From Methanobacteriota archaeon (GTDB taxonomy: Archaea; Thermoplasmatota; Poseidoniia; Poseidoniales; Thalassarchaeaceae), in NCBI GenBank assembly GCA_002722735.1, contig PBMR01000019.1, forward strand, positions 4,746 to 68,745: a stretch of 64,000 nt of DNA, written 5' to 3'. How positions within the stretch are numbered: the first letter of the stretch is position 1; each line of letters begins with the position of its first letter. Positions 8,111 through 18,505 of the stretch are shown here, in pieces. The translations under genes were made by a program, and so were the position numbers. The notes beneath the pieces are model-generated. The model was not told the DNA's origin and ran no database searches. It worked only from the letters and a program-made list of their open reading frames with translations.

Positions 8111-9661
8111 TCAATCGAACCACTGGTAGCGCCTCTGGCCCTCAAGTTTGCCCTCGCCGCCTATTCCGACCAAGGCGAACTCGCCAGTCGGCTTGACCAC
8201 TGATCGCTTGCGCTTGCCCTTGTGCAGGGCCTCGTAGATTGTCTTGTTGATGGCGTGACGGGTGGACAGCCGCTCGAAGAGATGGAACCTAGAGGCGATC
8301 TCGCGCCACTGGGGCTGAACGATTCCCTCGAAGACCTTGGCCTTGGCACCCGAGCCGTAGCCGCACAGCCCGATTCTGTGGCCCCCCATCTCGGAATTGT
8401 CGAGGTAGTCAGACTCCATGGACGACATCAACGCGAGGAAAATGGAGCCAGTGTACTGGTTTCCAATAAGGCTGGAAGCACGCTGAGTCTTCTCAATCCG
8501 ATCCTCCGCAAAAGAGCGGAACTCCTCGGTTTTGGAAATCAGTCTACGATAAGTGTCGTTCGCTCTCTCAAACTCATCTAGGCCTTTGGGCGTGTCTGGG
8601 AAGTCACCTGGCAGGGGTTCTGGGCCAATCTCTTCGGTGATCTTACCCCAAACAGGCAGATGTCTGCGGTCATGACGAAAGACGTCGGGAAACATCCTCT
8701 TGCCTTGGAAGGCATAAGGGAGGTGAACTATGATCCTGCTCCACTGGTTGGTGAGAATCTCATCGGCCTTCGGATCGTACCTGCCCTCCTCAATGGACTT
8801 TGCACGGAAGTCGATGAAAGCCTGCTTCACGGACTCGGAGTAGCATCGATTCGAGAATTGCCCGTCAAAAATGGGGGTGTCCTTGTGAATCATCAGCTTC
8901 TCGTTTTCGAACAGCACGTCGTTCTTCTTGCTGGAGCGTGGGAGGAACTTCAGTATCTTCTCTGCGAGATTTCCCCTGATGCTCTCCCCTGACTCCCTAG
9001 CGAGGTCGAGGACATTCTCAATCACGGTACGGGTATCGACCTCGCGTCGGGGCTTGAAGAAGTCGTGTACGGGCATGGTGGAAACCCCCCAGATGTCCGG
9101 AATAGAGAGCAGTCTGGGGTTGTGGCGAATCAGAATCGCTCCCCCGCCGGCCCCTTGGGTGTATTCCCCGGATGATCCGAGATCATACTTGGCATTATCA
9201 GCAAAGACGACGATTCCGACCCTATCACGCCCCTCTCCACCACGAGCCGCCCAATCCAGAGTGTTGTGCATAGCATCCACCGCCCCGATGCAAGCGAAAG
9301 TGAGGTCGACGACGTCGCAGTTTCTGAAGCAGTCAATCCCATGAGTAGTCGAGTAACGTTGCTCAAGCATGTCCATGATGTAAGTGGCAGTGGGTTTGGC
9401 CCCGTCAAGCGCGGACTCGGTTCCTAGATATATCCGACCAATTGAGGACGGGTCCAATCCGTTCCTGTCAATTAGGCGAGTAACGGCATTGGCCCCCATC
9501 GTGGCAGTATCCTCATGGACATCGGGGATGGCCATCGCCGACAGACCAAGCCCCCTGTTGAGCTTGCCGAAGTCAGCCCCACGGAACTTAGCGAAGTCTT
9601 CCATGTCGAAGTAGAGGCGTGGAAAATGAAGTGCGATGTCGTCGATTCCAACCTCTGACAA
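8111..9661 (-). CDS. mvaS: Hydroxymethylglutaryl-CoA synthase, bacterial-type
   Basis: GTESALD, FACIGA (catalytic Cys), GEYTQGAG, HLPY, GNQYTGS, YGSG; TTG start at 9661 inferred (track gives 9697). Confidence 0.9.
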   Translation of the reverse strand: MSEVGIDDIALHFPRLYFDMEDFAKFRGADFGKLNRGLGLSAMAIPDVHEDTATMGANAVTRLIDRNGLDPSSIGRIYLGTESALDGAKPTATYIMDMLEQRYSTTHGIDCFRNCDVVDLTFACIGAVDAMHNTLDWAARGGEGRDRVGIVVFADNAKYDLGSSGEYTQGAGGGAILIRHNPRLLSIPDIWGVSTMPVHDFFKPRREVDTRTVIENVLDLARESGESIRGNLAEKILKFLPRSSKKNDVLFENEKLMIHKDTPIFDGQFSNRCYSESVKQAFIDFRAKSIEEGRYDPKADEILTNQWSRIIVHLPYAFQGKRMFPDVFRHDRRHLPVWGKITEEIGPEPLPGDFPDTPKGLDEFERANDTYRRLISKTEEFRSFAEDRIEKTQRASSLIGNQYTGSIFLALMSSMESDYLDNSEMGGHRIGLCGYGSGAKAKVFEGIVQPQWREIASRFHLFERLSTRHAINKTIYEALHKGKRKRSVVKPTGEFALVGIGGEGKLEGQRRYQWFD

Positions 9662-9746
9662 AGAACACTCCCTCGATGGTCCGGAATTGGTCCACATTAT
9701 GAGTGCTATCCCTGCATAGGAACACTAAGTGAGAATTGAAAACTCA

Positions 9747-10865
9747 TCACTGGGAGCCGGTGATTTGTGCCAATGCGGACTGCAGGTCGCTATTGGACTG
9801 GAAATGATCGGAGATTGGCGAGAGAACCTCGATCAGGCCATCGGTAATCGCCATCTTGGCGTCAAACGGATGGACTTCACCCTTACTCACGGCTTCCACG
9901 AAGGAGTCCAAATCATCCCACTTGGAAGGCGTCCCGTACTCCGGTTTGGGGTTGACTCTGATCTCGCCTGTTCGAGGCAGGACCACATGCTTGGCTACTT
10001 CGAACACAGGGGAGGCTGGGTTGCCGACCTCGAGGAATGCCTTCTTCATCTTTCGGCGTAGTGAATCAGCATCGTCATGCAGTAGAATTGCATTGCTGGG
10101 ATCCGATTTCGACATCTTGTGGTCGAACGAGTCCATCCGGCCCCCAGAACCCCTGAGTCCGGATAGCATGGGAGTGTGTATGCATGTGGCCTTAATCCAT
10201 CCATTCCGGTCGGCGACCTCTCTCATGAACATGTGCGCCTTGCGTTGGTCCATACCCCCGAACGCGATATCGACCCCGAGCTCGAAGATGTCGGCGGACT
10301 GCAAGGCCGGGTAGTAGAAGGCTGCAAGGTCGTGGTCGGACGAGTCTTCATCCCTCCCCATGATGCTGAAAGTCCTGCGCACCCTAGAAAGGCTCATGTT
10401 CTTCGAACAACGGAGCACTCGTTCCCAATACTTTCCCGAATCCATAACCTCAGAGGCGCTGAGGAACCGGAGTTGCCCTGGGCCCTCACCCTCCTCCGGC
10501 CAATCGAGCAGGACGCGGAACACTTCCGTCATGTAATCGCCAGCCAATGAGATCTTGTCCATGTCCCGGTTGAACTTGTCATTGACCCAAGCATGCCAGT
10601 CTGCTAGCAGGATGATGACGTTGACGCCCTCATTGAGCATGTTGCGTATGGTGTCCGCGAGGATGACCCACCCCAGGTGAGCTATGCCACTAGGCTCGAG
10701 CCCGATGTAGGCCACGAGTTGATCGTCCCCAGAGTGGCTAGGACCGCCTGCGAGCACCGAGATGGTGTGTTCGGCACCAACCACTTCGTCGCAACCACTG
10801 AACATGCGTTCCAATCGAGGATGCGATTCCTCGCCTTGCATTGAGGGGGAGTCGTCCTCTGACAT
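9747..10865 (-). CDS. tyrS: Tyrosyl-tRNA synthetase (archaeal type)
   Basis: YIGLEPSG..HLGW, LADWHA, YPALQSADI, GGMDQRKAH, KMSKS, HPFDAK. Confidence 0.95.
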   Translation of the reverse strand: MSEDDSPSMQGEESHPRLERMFSGCDEVVGAEHTISVLAGGPSHSGDDQLVAYIGLEPSGIAHLGWVILADTIRNMLNEGVNVIILLADWHAWVNDKFNRDMDKISLAGDYMTEVFRVLLDWPEEGEGPGQLRFLSASEVMDSGKYWERVLRCSKNMSLSRVRRTFSIMGRDEDSSDHDLAAFYYPALQSADIFELGVDIAFGGMDQRKAHMFMREVADRNGWIKATCIHTPMLSGLRGSGGRMDSFDHKMSKSDPSNAILLHDDADSLRRKMKKAFLEVGNPASPVFEVAKHVVLPRTGEIRVNPKPEYGTPSKWDDLDSFVEAVSKGEVHPFDAKMAITDGLIEVLSPISDHFQSNSDLQSALAQITGSQ

Positions 10866-10874
10866 CGTCCACCT

Positions 10875-11387
10875 CTAGTCGAACATCTTGTTCAGTTTCC
10901 CAGCGCGGCCTGCAGCCTTGGTGTTGTCGTTTGAGTCGAGCAAAGCCTCGATCTCATTAATGAGGGCATTTGCCTGGGTAATCTTGTCCGCGGGAAGTCC
11001 TTCGGCCTTCTCCATGAAGTGCCTAGTCGCAGAAATTGCGGACTTGGCCTTAGTTGCCTTCTTGGCCCATTCTTTGGCCTTGTCTCCACGCTTCTTGGAG
11101 TTGTATCCTGTTGCCCGATCTAGGAAATTGGTCCAACGCTTCCGTGCGTCCATGGCTGCCTGCATGGCATCGAGATCGTCGAAATCCGGCGGAACGTTGG
11201 TTACGTCCACAATTAGGGCCCCGTTCTCAAACCTAGAGTCGATGGCGGTCATGATTCCGTGCGAGGCGCGGAAGGAGTTCTCTCCGGTGTCCTCGACATT
11301 ATCGAAAAATTCGCGGGCCAACTCACTGAGGCCGCCATTCGCAATTACTTCCTTCACCAGCCCCCTGCGTACGTCAAATCTCTCCAT
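10875..11387 (-). CDS. Conserved archaeal protein (DUF5611-like) with helical C-terminal extension
   Basis: FDVRRG N-terminus and A.KRWTNFLDRATGYNSKKR motif. Confidence 0.65.
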   Translation of the reverse strand: MERFDVRRGLVKEVIANGGLSELAREFFDNVEDTGENSFRASHGIMTAIDSRFENGALIVDVTNVPPDFDDLDAMQAAMDARKRWTNFLDRATGYNSKKRGDKAKEWAKKATKAKSAISATRHFMEKAEGLPADKITQANALINEIEALLDSNDNTKAAGRAGKLNKMFD

Positions 11388-11497
11388 TGACCCGTCGCGG
11401 AGCGGACGTCACTTCAATGCTGCCAACCCGCTGCGTCCTTTGGGGCATGTAGAACGGCTAAACGGACGAAGTGGGTCCGAGCGATGTGGCCGGTGGT

Positions 11498-12703
11498 ATG
11501 GGCAATAGGGTGGTCGCCAGCGCCATCGTCCTGCTACTGCTGCCAATCATCTCTGCGGACTCCGTAGTTGAATTGGGGGAAGTGGTGAGGCTGGGGGAAG
11601 TGGATTTGGGGCTCGAGGGTGCCGCAGTCTCTCCGGACAGCGAGATAGTCATCGCGCATGGCGCGGATTCGTCTATCTTTCTGATCCAGGCGTCACAGCC
11701 CCAAACACATTCGAAATTGGACTGGGGGGGCGTCGAGATGCTGCTAGATGCGGACTTCCACCCGGGAGGGCAGACCGCTTTCATAGTGGGGGAAGAGGGA
11801 GTCGTCCTGAGGTTCACGAGGGAGGGTGGCACTGTTGACAGTGCTGGCGGGGAGTCGTTCTTCGGGAGGACGGAGTTGAGGTCAGTATCATGGAACGCGG
11901 ATGGGTCTTGGGCTTACATCGGGGGAGAAATGGGGTGGATATGGAGGGTTCGTGGTCTGGAAGGAGGTGGCATGGAGGTGCATCCGATAGAAGGAAGGGG
12001 GACTAGTGATGTCAATGCAATTGCCTGCTTAGCGGGCATCAACATATGCATCGTCTCGACTAGCGTCGATGGAATCGGGGTCATAGACGCGAATCACGAA
12101 CTCCATTGGATTGGGGGGACAGGGTATCCGTGGATCGATGCGGTATGCCCTAGCAGGGGGGAGAATGCATGCGTCTCGATCTCGAACGAGAGGAACATCG
12201 CTATCATCGATCTCGAAATTGAAGATGCTTCGTCATCCGAAGTCACCATCGTGCAACTCCAGAATGTCAATGGCCAGTTCGGCGGAGTTTCTGAACAGTC
12301 AGACGGGACAACCATCGTCTCCGTTGTTCCGTTCGCAATGATTGAGCACGATTTGTCCCTGCGGCTTTCCTTTCCTTGGTTGGAGAATAGCGATGCAGTC
12401 AGTTTCGATTCGGCAATCTCTGGTGAGCGCCTAGTCGCTACATGGTCGGCGGACGTGCATTCTGGATGGGTTATCACGAGCTCAGGTACCATCGTGGCAT
12501 TCAACCCCATCTCGGACGAACGGGCGGGCGGAATATTGGGAATCTGGATCGGAGTGGTAATCCTTGGAGGTGCTATCTTGATGGCCCTTAGCCTGATAGT
12601 GAGTTCATCCCCCCTGCTCAGAGAGTGGTTGACTCTCAGAATAGGCAGCGACGAAGAGCGCAAAGATGTGCTCCGAGAGCAACGACGTAGAGGCAGAAGA
12701 TGA
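11498..12703 (+). CDS. Secreted, C-terminally membrane-anchored beta-propeller (WD40-like) protein
   Basis: Signal peptide (VVASAIVLLLLPIISA), AVSPDS / DFHPGG / SWNADGS blade repeats, C-terminal TM helix and basic tail. Confidence 0.75.
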   Translation: MGNRVVASAIVLLLLPIISADSVVELGEVVRLGEVDLGLEGAAVSPDSEIVIAHGADSSIFLIQASQPQTHSKLDWGGVEMLLDADFHPGGQTAFIVGEEGVVLRFTREGGTVDSAGGESFFGRTELRSVSWNADGSWAYIGGEMGWIWRVRGLEGGGMEVHPIEGRGTSDVNAIACLAGINICIVSTSVDGIGVIDANHELHWIGGTGYPWIDAVCPSRGENACVSISNERNIAIIDLEIEDASSSEVTIVQLQNVNGQFGGVSEQSDGTTIVSVVPFAMIEHDLSLRLSFPWLENSDAVSFDSAISGERLVATWSADVHSGWVITSSGTIVAFNPISDERAGGILGIWIGVVILGGAILMALSLIVSSSPLLREWLTLRIGSDEERKDVLREQRRRGRR

Positions 12704-12754
12704 GCCATCGTGCATAGTTTGATGAGGGCGCCACCATCGGAAAGGGCGAGAAGG

Positions 12755-13927
12755 ATGACGTTCGAGGCCTTGGATTTCTACGATATCGATTCGTTGCTGA
12801 CGGATGAGGAGCGAATGGTCCGGGACATGGTCCGCGACTGGGTAGACGAGCAGGTTTTACCCGATATTGAGAATGCCTGTAGAGAGGGGATATTCCCCAA
12901 TGAGTGGCGGGTCGACCTAGGTGAGATGGGGGTTCTCGGCGCCCCGCTCAAAGGCTATGAATGCCCCGGGCTGTCCTATGTCGCGTATGGCCTGATCTGT
13001 CGGGAGCTTGAGCGAGGTGACAGCGGTGTGCGCTCATTCGCTAGCGTTCAGGGCTCGCTGGCTATGTACCCAATCTGGGACTTCGGCAGCGAGGAGCAAA
13101 AGAGCCACTACCTGCCTAAGATGACGACCGGGGAGTGGATTGGATGCTTCGGACTTACCGAGCCGGACTACGGCTCCAACCCAGGTGACATGATCACCCG
13201 CGCCGAAGACAATGGCGACCACTATCTGCTCAACGGGGCCAAGATGTGGATTACCAACGGCACCATCGCTAATCTGGCCGTCGTATGGGCCAAGCTCGAC
13301 GGTGTGATTCGCGGCTTTATCGTCGAGAAGGGGGACCCTGGCTTCACGACTCCCGAGATGACTGGAAAGCACTCCCTCAAGGCCAGCGTCACCAGTGAGT
13401 TGGTATTTCAGGACTGTGAGATTCCCAAAGACAGGATTCTCCCCCATGTAGAAGGGCTCAGGGGGCCATTCAGTTGCCTGAACAACGCACGCTACGGAAT
13501 CTCCTGGGGAGCCATTGGCGCGGCCCAGTCCTGCTTCAGTTCGGCCAAGGAGTACGCCCTCAGCAGAATCCAGTTCAATCAGCCCATCGCTTCATTCCAA
13601 CTAGTTCAGAACAAGCTGGCATGGATGCTACGGGAAATTACCAAGGGGCAGTTGCTCGCATACCACCTTGGCAGGAAGAAGGATGACGGTACATGGTTCC
13701 CTGAGCAGATCTCGCTAGCCAAGATGAACAATGTCGACATTGCGCTTGAGATCGCTCGCATGGCGCGTGACATCCACGGCGCCAACGGAATCCTTGACGA
13801 GTACCCCGTGATGCGCCACATGGCCAATCTCGAGTCGGTCAAGACCTACGAGGGAACCCATGATATCCACAACTTGATTCTAGGACGCCACATCACTGGA
13901 ATTCAAGCCTTCACCCGCGAACCCTGA
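12755..13927 (+). CDS. gcdH: Glutaryl-CoA dehydrogenase-like acyl-CoA dehydrogenase
   Basis: ERGDSGVRSFASVQGSL, CFGLTEPDYGSNP, LNNARYGISWG, NLESVKTYEGTHDIH. Confidence 0.88.
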   Translation: MTFEALDFYDIDSLLTDEERMVRDMVRDWVDEQVLPDIENACREGIFPNEWRVDLGEMGVLGAPLKGYECPGLSYVAYGLICRELERGDSGVRSFASVQGSLAMYPIWDFGSEEQKSHYLPKMTTGEWIGCFGLTEPDYGSNPGDMITRAEDNGDHYLLNGAKMWITNGTIANLAVVWAKLDGVIRGFIVEKGDPGFTTPEMTGKHSLKASVTSELVFQDCEIPKDRILPHVEGLRGPFSCLNNARYGISWGAIGAAQSCFSSAKEYALSRIQFNQPIASFQLVQNKLAWMLREITKGQLLAYHLGRKKDDGTWFPEQISLAKMNNVDIALEIARMARDIHGANGILDEYPVMRHMANLESVKTYEGTHDIHNLILGRHITGIQAFTREP

Positions 13928-13986
13928 ACTCGGGCATGTGATTCCTCACTGCGAATCTTGATAGAGGGAAATCATTTCGATGTTCT

Positions 13987-14742
13987 GTGACGATTGCCGT
14001 CCTCCTGAAGCAGGTCCCCGACACCACCGCCAAAATCTCCGTCTCTGGAGGCAGGGTGGACGAGTCCGCCGTCAGCAAGTGGTCCATGAGCCCTTATGAC
14101 GAGTACGCACTAGAAGCCGCGCTCCAGTTGAAGGAGGCTGGTGAGGGAGATGTCGTCGCGATAACATGCGGTCCGGCTAGGGCCGCGAAAATGCTCACGG
14201 ATGCAGCCGCAGTGGGTGCTGACACCCTAATTCTAATTCCGGATGACGGGGTGACTGATAGCACGCACGTTCAGTCACTACTCGCAGCCGCGGTCAAGAG
14301 ATCCGGGTCGGATGTGGTGCTCTGTGGGAAGCAGGCCGCCGACACCAATGGGGGATCGACCGGCCCCGGAGTATCTCATCTGGTTGGTGCTGCCTGCGTG
14401 GGAATGGTTTCGGAGGTCTCTGCAGGGGGGGATGGATTCATCGCCCTGCGAGCCAGCCCGACCGGTAACGAACGAGTCGAGGTCCCTCGGCCCTGCCTCT
14501 TCGCATTCGACAAGGGGACTACGGAACTGCGCCGGCCAAATGTTCGAGGGATTATGATGGCCAAGAAGAAGCAGATTGAAACCGTAACATCAGATGACCT
14601 AGGCGTTACAATTGGGGCTTCCTCAGTCTCACTGCAGTCTCACTCCCCCCCTCCTGTGAAGCCGCCTGGGCAGAAGTTCGAAGGTTCCGATTCTGTGCCC
14701 GCAGTAGTAGCAAAGCTTCGTGATGAGGCAAATGTCATTTGA
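13987..14742 (+). CDS. etfB: Electron transfer flavoprotein beta subunit
   Basis: LKQVPD, PYDEYALEAALQLKE, LCGKQAAD, RRPNVRGIMMAKKK. Confidence 0.95.
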   Translation: MTIAVLLKQVPDTTAKISVSGGRVDESAVSKWSMSPYDEYALEAALQLKEAGEGDVVAITCGPARAAKMLTDAAAVGADTLILIPDDGVTDSTHVQSLLAAAVKRSGSDVVLCGKQAADTNGGSTGPGVSHLVGAACVGMVSEVSAGGDGFIALRASPTGNERVEVPRPCLFAFDKGTTELRRPNVRGIMMAKKKQIETVTSDDLGVTIGASSVSLQSHSPPPVKPPGQKFEGSDSVPAVVAKLRDEANVI

Positions 14743-14751
14743 GGTGCTAGA

Positions 14752-15681
14752 ATGGACGTGACAATCATTGCAGAAACCACCGCAGATGACCTTCACCCGG
14801 TGACATCGCAACTTGTCGGCGCTGCGATTACCATCGGTGGAACTCCGACCGTACTGTGTCCGGGAGGAATCGGTGCGGCTGCCGCTGCTTCCATCAGCGG
14901 TGTTGCCAAAGTAATAGGCGTTGAAGGGGACTGCTTCGAGACCTTCGACAGCGGTGCTTGGGCAGCTGCCCTCAACCCACTCGTCTCCGACGGAGTCGTC
15001 CTAGCCGCCTCGGCACCATCCGGAAGGGAAGTCGCAGCGCAGATCGCAGCAATGCGCGGAATTCCCATCATTCAGGATGCGACCGGATTAGAAGGCGGAA
15101 TCACCGTCACCAGGGGCATCTACTCCGGCAAGGCCGTCGAGACGGTTAGCGTCTCTGCTCCCTGTGCTCTGACCCTGAGGCCGAATGCCTTCGATGCGGC
15201 AGCGGATGGTGGTAATGCGGATGTCTCGACAGTCAGTCAATCCTCCGACGTAGGCGTCGCTGTACGGGAGGCCATCGCCAAGGTCAGCGAAAGGCTCGAT
15301 GTCTCGGAAGCAGACATCATCATCTCTGGCGGGAGGGGGATGGGTGATCCGGCAAACTTCACCCACCTCTACGAAGTCGCGGATTTCATCGGCGCCGCTG
15401 TCGGGGCCAGTAGGGCGGCAGTGGACACTTGGGGCGAGATTCCCCACAACATGCAGGTCGGACAAACTGGGAAGACGGTAAATCCCAACCTGTACATAGC
15501 CGTCGGCATCAGCGGCGCAATCCAACACCTAGCAGGAATGCGCTCCAGCAAGTTCATCGTTGCAATCAACAAGGATCCCGATGCCCCTATTTTCGGAGTT
15601 GCCGACTACGGGATCGTCTCAACCTGGGAGGCGGCGCTGCCCGTCTTGAAATCGGAGCTCTCAAGCCTTCTCTCAAACTGA
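14752..15681 (+). CDS. etfA: Electron transfer flavoprotein alpha subunit
   Basis: [45 protein letters not shown]. Confidence 0.96.
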   Translation: MDVTIIAETTADDLHPVTSQLVGAAITIGGTPTVLCPGGIGAAAAASISGVAKVIGVEGDCFETFDSGAWAAALNPLVSDGVVLAASAPSGREVAAQIAAMRGIPIIQDATGLEGGITVTRGIYSGKAVETVSVSAPCALTLRPNAFDAAADGGNADVSTVSQSSDVGVAVREAIAKVSERLDVSEADIIISGGRGMGDPANFTHLYEVADFIGAAVGASRAAVDTWGEIPHNMQVGQTGKTVNPNLYIAVGISGAIQHLAGMRSSKFIVAINKDPDAPIFGVADYGIVSTWEAALPVLKSELSSLLSN

Positions 15682-17175
15682 GGCCTTGCCCTTGGATGAG
15701 TCGCCCCTTATTCCCTCAATCATGAGGAGATAGTCCTCAGTAATTCCTCCAGTGACGTAGATCCCATCGAAGCAGGAGCAGTCGAAGTTGGCGAGATTGG
15801 TCTCATCGACACCGAGACAGGCCTCGACTAGATCCCCGAGATCCTGGTAGATCAGCCAGTCAGCACCTATAGCCTCACAGATCCCCCCTGCATCCTTGCC
15901 ATAGGCCACGTACTCGCTCCGAGCAGGCATGTCTATCCCGTACACGTTGGGATGGATGATGGGGGGCGAAGAGGAGGCGAAGAGGACTTTGCTCGCTCCC
16001 GCCTCCCTAGCCATTTGGACTATCCTCCGGGAGGTGTTACCACGAACGATGCTGTCGTCAACAATCAGGACGGTCTTGCCCTCGAACTCCTCGTCGATGG
16101 TGTTGAGTTTCTTCCTGACAGAGTCCTTCCTCAACCTCTGTCCGGGCATGATGAAGGTACGGCCGATGTAGCGATTCTTGACGAAGCCCTCGCGATAAGG
16201 AACACCAAGCTCGCTAGCGAGGCCCAACGCGGCAATCCTTCCGCTATCCGGAACGGGAATCACGGCCTCGATCCCGTGGTCGGGAATGGCCTTGCTAATA
16301 CTCCTCGCGAGAGCCTCACCCATCCTCAAGCGGGCTGCGTGAACAGAGATGCCGTCGATGACCGAGTCCGGTCTAGCGAAGTAGACGTACTCAAATACAC
16401 AAGGAGTGTGCACAGGATTTAGATGGCAGATCTTGGAGTGGAAAGAGCCGTCCAATCTAATTATGACTGCTTCTCCTGGGGCGATATCACGTTCGTGTTC
16501 GAATCCAAGGGCCTTGCACGCCACGCTCTCCGAGGCTATCAGGCGCTCTGTGAATCCTCCAGCGTCGCTCCTCCCCATGAATAGAGGCCTGATGCCGTTC
16601 GGGTCGCGGAACGCAACCAACCCCCAACCTGTCACTAGGCAGACGACGCTATAGCTCCCCTCAGCCCTAAGGTGGGTTCTTTCTACTGCACGGAAGACGT
16701 CTTCTTCAGAAAGTGCTCCCATGCCTCCGGGCCGACCGTTCACCGAACGCTGAACCTCGGCAGCGAAGAGGTTGAGCAGAGCCTCCGAGTCCGAGCTAGT
16801 GTTGATGCGTCGGTGATCGTACTCGAGGAGGCCACTGATGATGTCACCGGTATTGTTCAGATTCCCATTGTGGGCGAGGCTGACACCAAACGGGGTGTTG
16901 GTGTAGAACGGTTGGGCCTCAGCGGCAGAACTGGATCCAGCGGTGGGGTATCTGACGTGGCCAATCCCCATCGAACCGATTAGCTTCCCCATGTGCTTGC
17001 CCCTGAACACATCTCGGACCAGTCCGTTGGCTCTGCGGTGGCAGATGTTGTCTGAGTCGCTGGTCACGATGCCGGCTGCGTCCTGCCCCCTGTGCTGGAG
17101 AACTAGCAGGGCATCGTACAGAGAAGAGGCCACCTGGGAGTTCGGGTTCCCAACGATCCCGATGATGCCGCACAT
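15673..17175 (-). CDS. purF: Amidophosphoribosyltransferase
   Basis: MCGIIG, LQHRGQDAAG, GHVRYPTAG, HNGNL, CVFEYVYFARPDS, VDDSIVRGNT, YGIDMP. Confidence 0.97.
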   Translation of the reverse strand: MCGIIGIVGNPNSQVASSLYDALLVLQHRGQDAAGIVTSDSDNICHRRANGLVRDVFRGKHMGKLIGSMGIGHVRYPTAGSSSAAEAQPFYTNTPFGVSLAHNGNLNNTGDIISGLLEYDHRRINTSSDSEALLNLFAAEVQRSVNGRPGGMGALSEEDVFRAVERTHLRAEGSYSVVCLVTGWGLVAFRDPNGIRPLFMGRSDAGGFTERLIASESVACKALGFEHERDIAPGEAVIIRLDGSFHSKICHLNPVHTPCVFEYVYFARPDSVIDGISVHAARLRMGEALARSISKAIPDHGIEAVIPVPDSGRIAALGLASELGVPYREGFVKNRYIGRTFIMPGQRLRKDSVRKKLNTIDEEFEGKTVLIVDDSIVRGNTSRRIVQMAREAGASKVLFASSSPPIIHPNVYGIDMPARSEYVAYGKDAGGICEAIGADWLIYQDLGDLVEACLGVDETNLANFDCSCFDGIYVTGGITEDYLLMIEGIRGDSSKGKASV

Positions 17176-17228
17176 CGGATACCACTGGGCCCTCTGCCAT
17201 TAGGGACTTAGCAGTTTCCGGGGTGGCA

Positions 17229-17414
17229 TCACTTCTTTTGCCACATGGATCTGTTACGCTTGCTCCATCGGAACTTTCTGAGACGAGAGGTACTTCCGTA
17301 GCCGCAGTGTGCGCACTGGCCCTTCTGCTTGTGATACGAGTGTCGCCCGCACCTTCTGCAGCGAATGTGTGTGGACTTCTGCCTCTTGCCCATGCTCGGC
17401 GTGCCCTTTGACAT
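17229..17414 (-). CDS. rpl37e: 50S ribosomal protein L37e
   Basis: [20 protein letters not shown]....CAHCGY; GGAGG Shine-Dalgarno upstream. Confidence 0.97.
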   Translation of the reverse strand: MSKGTPSMGKRQKSTHIRCRRCGRHSYHKQKGQCAHCGYGSTSRLRKFRWSKRNRSMWQKK

Positions 17415-17482
17415 CGTCAGTCCTCCTAGGAACGAGCGCGGCCACCGGCCGACTTGTTAAGAGGGTTATCCATTGAAATGGC

Positions 17483-17836
17483 TCACTCGTCAGAGGCCAG
17501 GGGGCCAAGGAGGGCCAGAAGCGGGTCCTCAGGACGCTTTCTCAGGCTAATTCTGGCGAGTTGGTATGTAACGAAGGCGAAGGCCAGAGGCAGCAACGAG
17601 AATACGCTCACCACCGCATCTGAAAGAGCGCCCCTCGCAGCAGATATTGTCGAGCCATCGAAGAATGCTGTAGCGATGGAAAGCCCGACAAGGAAGGATG
17701 CCAGGCATCCGATCATAGGTGCCGCTGGTCGGTGATAGGGATTCAAAGAGGCGGCGAGGTGGATGGCGAAGAAAGACGAGGAGAGCATCATCCCCCCAGA
17801 GGCGATGGTTAGGGCGGTTGATACCTCAATACTCAT
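17483..17836 (-). CDS. Hypothetical membrane protein (about 3 TM)
   Basis: Three hydrophobic segments; overlaps the stop of the upstream gene; start could be 17836, 17842 or 17845. Confidence 0.7.
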   Translation of the reverse strand: MSIEVSTALTIASGGMMLSSSFFAIHLAASLNPYHRPAAPMIGCLASFLVGLSIATAFFDGSTISAARGALSDAVVSVFSLLPLAFAFVTYQLARISLRKRPEDPLLALLGPLASDE

Positions 17837-18410
17837 CGCCATCACCCCCCAAACGCCTGGTCAGGATGGTACGAACCAACCTTCCTTCATCGACCGTCAA
17901 GGGGCTCGACTCCTCGCTCGCCCCCGAAAACCCCTCGGCGAGCCTCACCCCAAAGGCGAAGGCGATGACCCCCAACAATAGACCCGGTAGCACCGAGATA
18001 TCGGACAGGAGCCTGGAAGCCACAGCAGAATCGGAGTCTAGCAAAATCATAATCCATGCCAAGGAAACAGCGGCCCACCCAAGTAACATCGGGATGGATT
18101 TGGCCGACCAGTAGGTCGGTGCGCCCCTGAGGACCAGCAGCGTGCCAGCAGTAGCAGCAGCGATCCATGGGAGAGAGGAGAGGAGGGTGTCGTGCATTGC
18201 CTTCTCGGGCCCGGTTAGCCCATCGGGCAGGAGGACGAACGCGGCAAACCCAAGGAGGGCTATCGGAGGTCCGAAGCGACTCCTCTCGAAAGCGGGGCCC
18301 ATTCTATGCAGGCAGATCCCAAGCAATGTGATGAGGAGGCTTCCCCATACTTGTAGCAGATGGACGTCCATCATCGATGGGTGGGGGTTCGGATTCATGT
18401 CGTTTTTCAT
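17826..18410 (-). CDS. Hypothetical membrane protein (about 5 TM)
   Basis: Multiple hydrophobic helices; start moved to ATG 18410. Confidence 0.7.
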   Translation of the reverse strand: MKNDMNPNPHPSMMDVHLLQVWGSLLITLLGICLHRMGPAFERSRFGPPIALLGFAAFVLLPDGLTGPEKAMHDTLLSSLPWIAAATAGTLLVLRGAPTYWSAKSIPMLLGWAAVSLAWIMILLDSDSAVASRLLSDISVLPGLLLGVIAFAFGVRLAEGFSGASEESSPLTVDEGRLVRTILTRRLGGDGDEY

Positions 18411-18505
18411 GGATGCAGGTCTACCGAGAGGTTTAGCAAACGCTTGACATAGTTCATATACGGGCCATTGGTGGCTCGCGGCGCACATGGTGCTGAGGTG
18501 ACTGA

